Below, piece by piece: positions 54,161-64,000 of a DNA stretch of 64,000 bases. Source of the DNA: Amoebidium appalachense (lineage: Eukaryota > Protista > Ichthyosporea); NCBI GenBank assembly GCA_963693365.1, contig CAVNZM010000007.1, forward strand, positions 10,847,962 to 10,911,961, written 5' to 3'. Both the position numbers and the translations under genes were made by a program. Positions within the stretch are counted from its first letter, which is position 1, and the number at the start of each line of letters is the position of its first letter. The notes under the pieces were generated by a model that did not search any database, was not told where the DNA came from, and saw only the letters and a list, made by a program, of their open reading frames with translations.

Positions 54161-55480
54161 GTTCAGGGTTGGGACAAGTGGTGCTGGCCGAGATGCCGAA
54201 TAAGTGTACGTGTCTGTGTATAAGTGGTGTGTGTTGTATGCCCGCGCGGCACACTTCACCAGCTCTCCCAAATAATGTTCACTCTTTGTCTCCAATGGCA
54301 GCACAAAGCACCCGTTCCCTCATGTTCTACCAGTAGTTGCTTACTATGTCCAAACACGCTCTGATGCTCTTTGTGGTTCAACCCTACTGTGCAAGGATGA
54401 CCTACAACTCAGTGCTCGGGGGCTTAAGCAGGCATGTTCTTCTAACCTGACAGAACAGTAAGGTACACGCCGCTACCAGCTACACTCAATAAAGTTATAT
54501 AATACAGCCTTAATTAGTATATTATATCCCTACCACCTCATCCTTTCACGTTTTACTATGCACCACACATTCCAGCTCTACTGTACACACAGAACATGTT
54601 TGACTTCATGAATGAAAATGCCTTCCTAAAATGGATGATTTTGGCACCAAAACTCATAAGTTTACAGATGTGCGCTCAGCCAACCAGCAATGGCTGATTG
54701 TTATCGGTAACTTGAGAGGATGATGCGGCCAGTGCTGGTGTTGTAACTTTCACTGAGCCACTTCACGTGAGCCTCTCCGGCGCTCAGCTGTTCATGAGAA
54801 ACTCGCACATGCACCGCCGGGCATGCTGGTGAGTATAGAGGGAGAGGGGTAGGGGCGAAGAGGCCAACATGCATATGCACATGCTATTGTAGCTGCAGCA
54901 AGCACGTATGGTTGCAGTGCAGGAGTTGAGCTGTTTACTTGATTTGCGCCTGCATGTATATCCCATACACAGGGCAAGACACCACTAAAGCGCGCATCAT
55001 AGAACAACACAAAGGGTGGGGGTGCAAGGATGGGTCTTGTGCTGTCGCTGCTGTCCGGGCTGTGGCAGCTTGCACGTGCAATATGGTGCGACATAGTGCT
55101 GGTACGCGCACACCCGTGCAGCCCTCCCCCTTTTCCCTTCAAGTACTGCGGTGTCTGAGCCTCATGCATGCACTGGTCCCCGTGCCACCGCCCGTTCGAT
55201 CCTCTTGTGCTCTACCTGGCCTTTGCCGTGATTCTCTCGCTTCGTTCGGGACATCACAGACGTTGCACCCATTCATCCCCGCTTGTCTGTAAATCTTTGT
55301 GTTCTTGTGGTGGTTTACCTGCTTCGCACCAAGCCAACTCCCCTTTCTCTGTGCTGCTACAACATCAGGCTGTTGAGTGGGACCAGATCCAGCAACAGAT
55401 GCACCCACACGCACACACAGAGACACAGACACACACGCAGCCACCTGCCCGTTCTTGTGTGTGCACTGACCTGGCCTTAG

Positions 55481-63957
<8,477 letters not shown>

Positions 63958-64000
63958 CAGCACCATTCCAGTAGGCCGGCAATGGGGTGAGGCATAGTGA

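Noticed and set aside
54690-55480. First coding exon(s) of the lipase
   Set aside because: A GTGAGT donor at about 54829 and several ATGs exist, but no unambiguous phase-compatible model could be built.

Overview
Intron-rich eukaryotic genomic DNA, probably from a protist; the taxon cannot be determined from sequence alone. Introns and intergenic DNA are saturated with poly(C)/poly(G), (CA)n/(GT)n and (CT)n tracts, so most ORF-track entries are microsatellite artefacts. Nine host genes can be assembled by hand across GT-AG introns: an SLC35A-type nucleotide-sugar transporter, mitochondrial ribosomal protein uL6, an FFAT + NYN ribonuclease + CCCH + ankyrin protein, a TLC-domain protein, a small secreted/membrane protein, a double C2HC zinc-finger protein, a two-pore cation channel, a 100-aa coiled-coil protein and an SDP1/TGL-type patatin lipase. 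A 5'-truncated non-LTR retrotransposon with an open RT frame and a candidate 10-bp TSD is also present. The most interesting signals are: (1) a dispersed, 5'-truncated, structured repeat family (at least 8 copies) that ends in poly(C), carries hammerhead-like boxes in a non-standard order, and in several introns supplies the branch point and pyrimidine tract; (2) introns whose splice sites are the ends of complementary (GT)n/(CA)n or G/C tracts; (3) the unusual domain architecture of the putative ER-tethered NYN nuclease.
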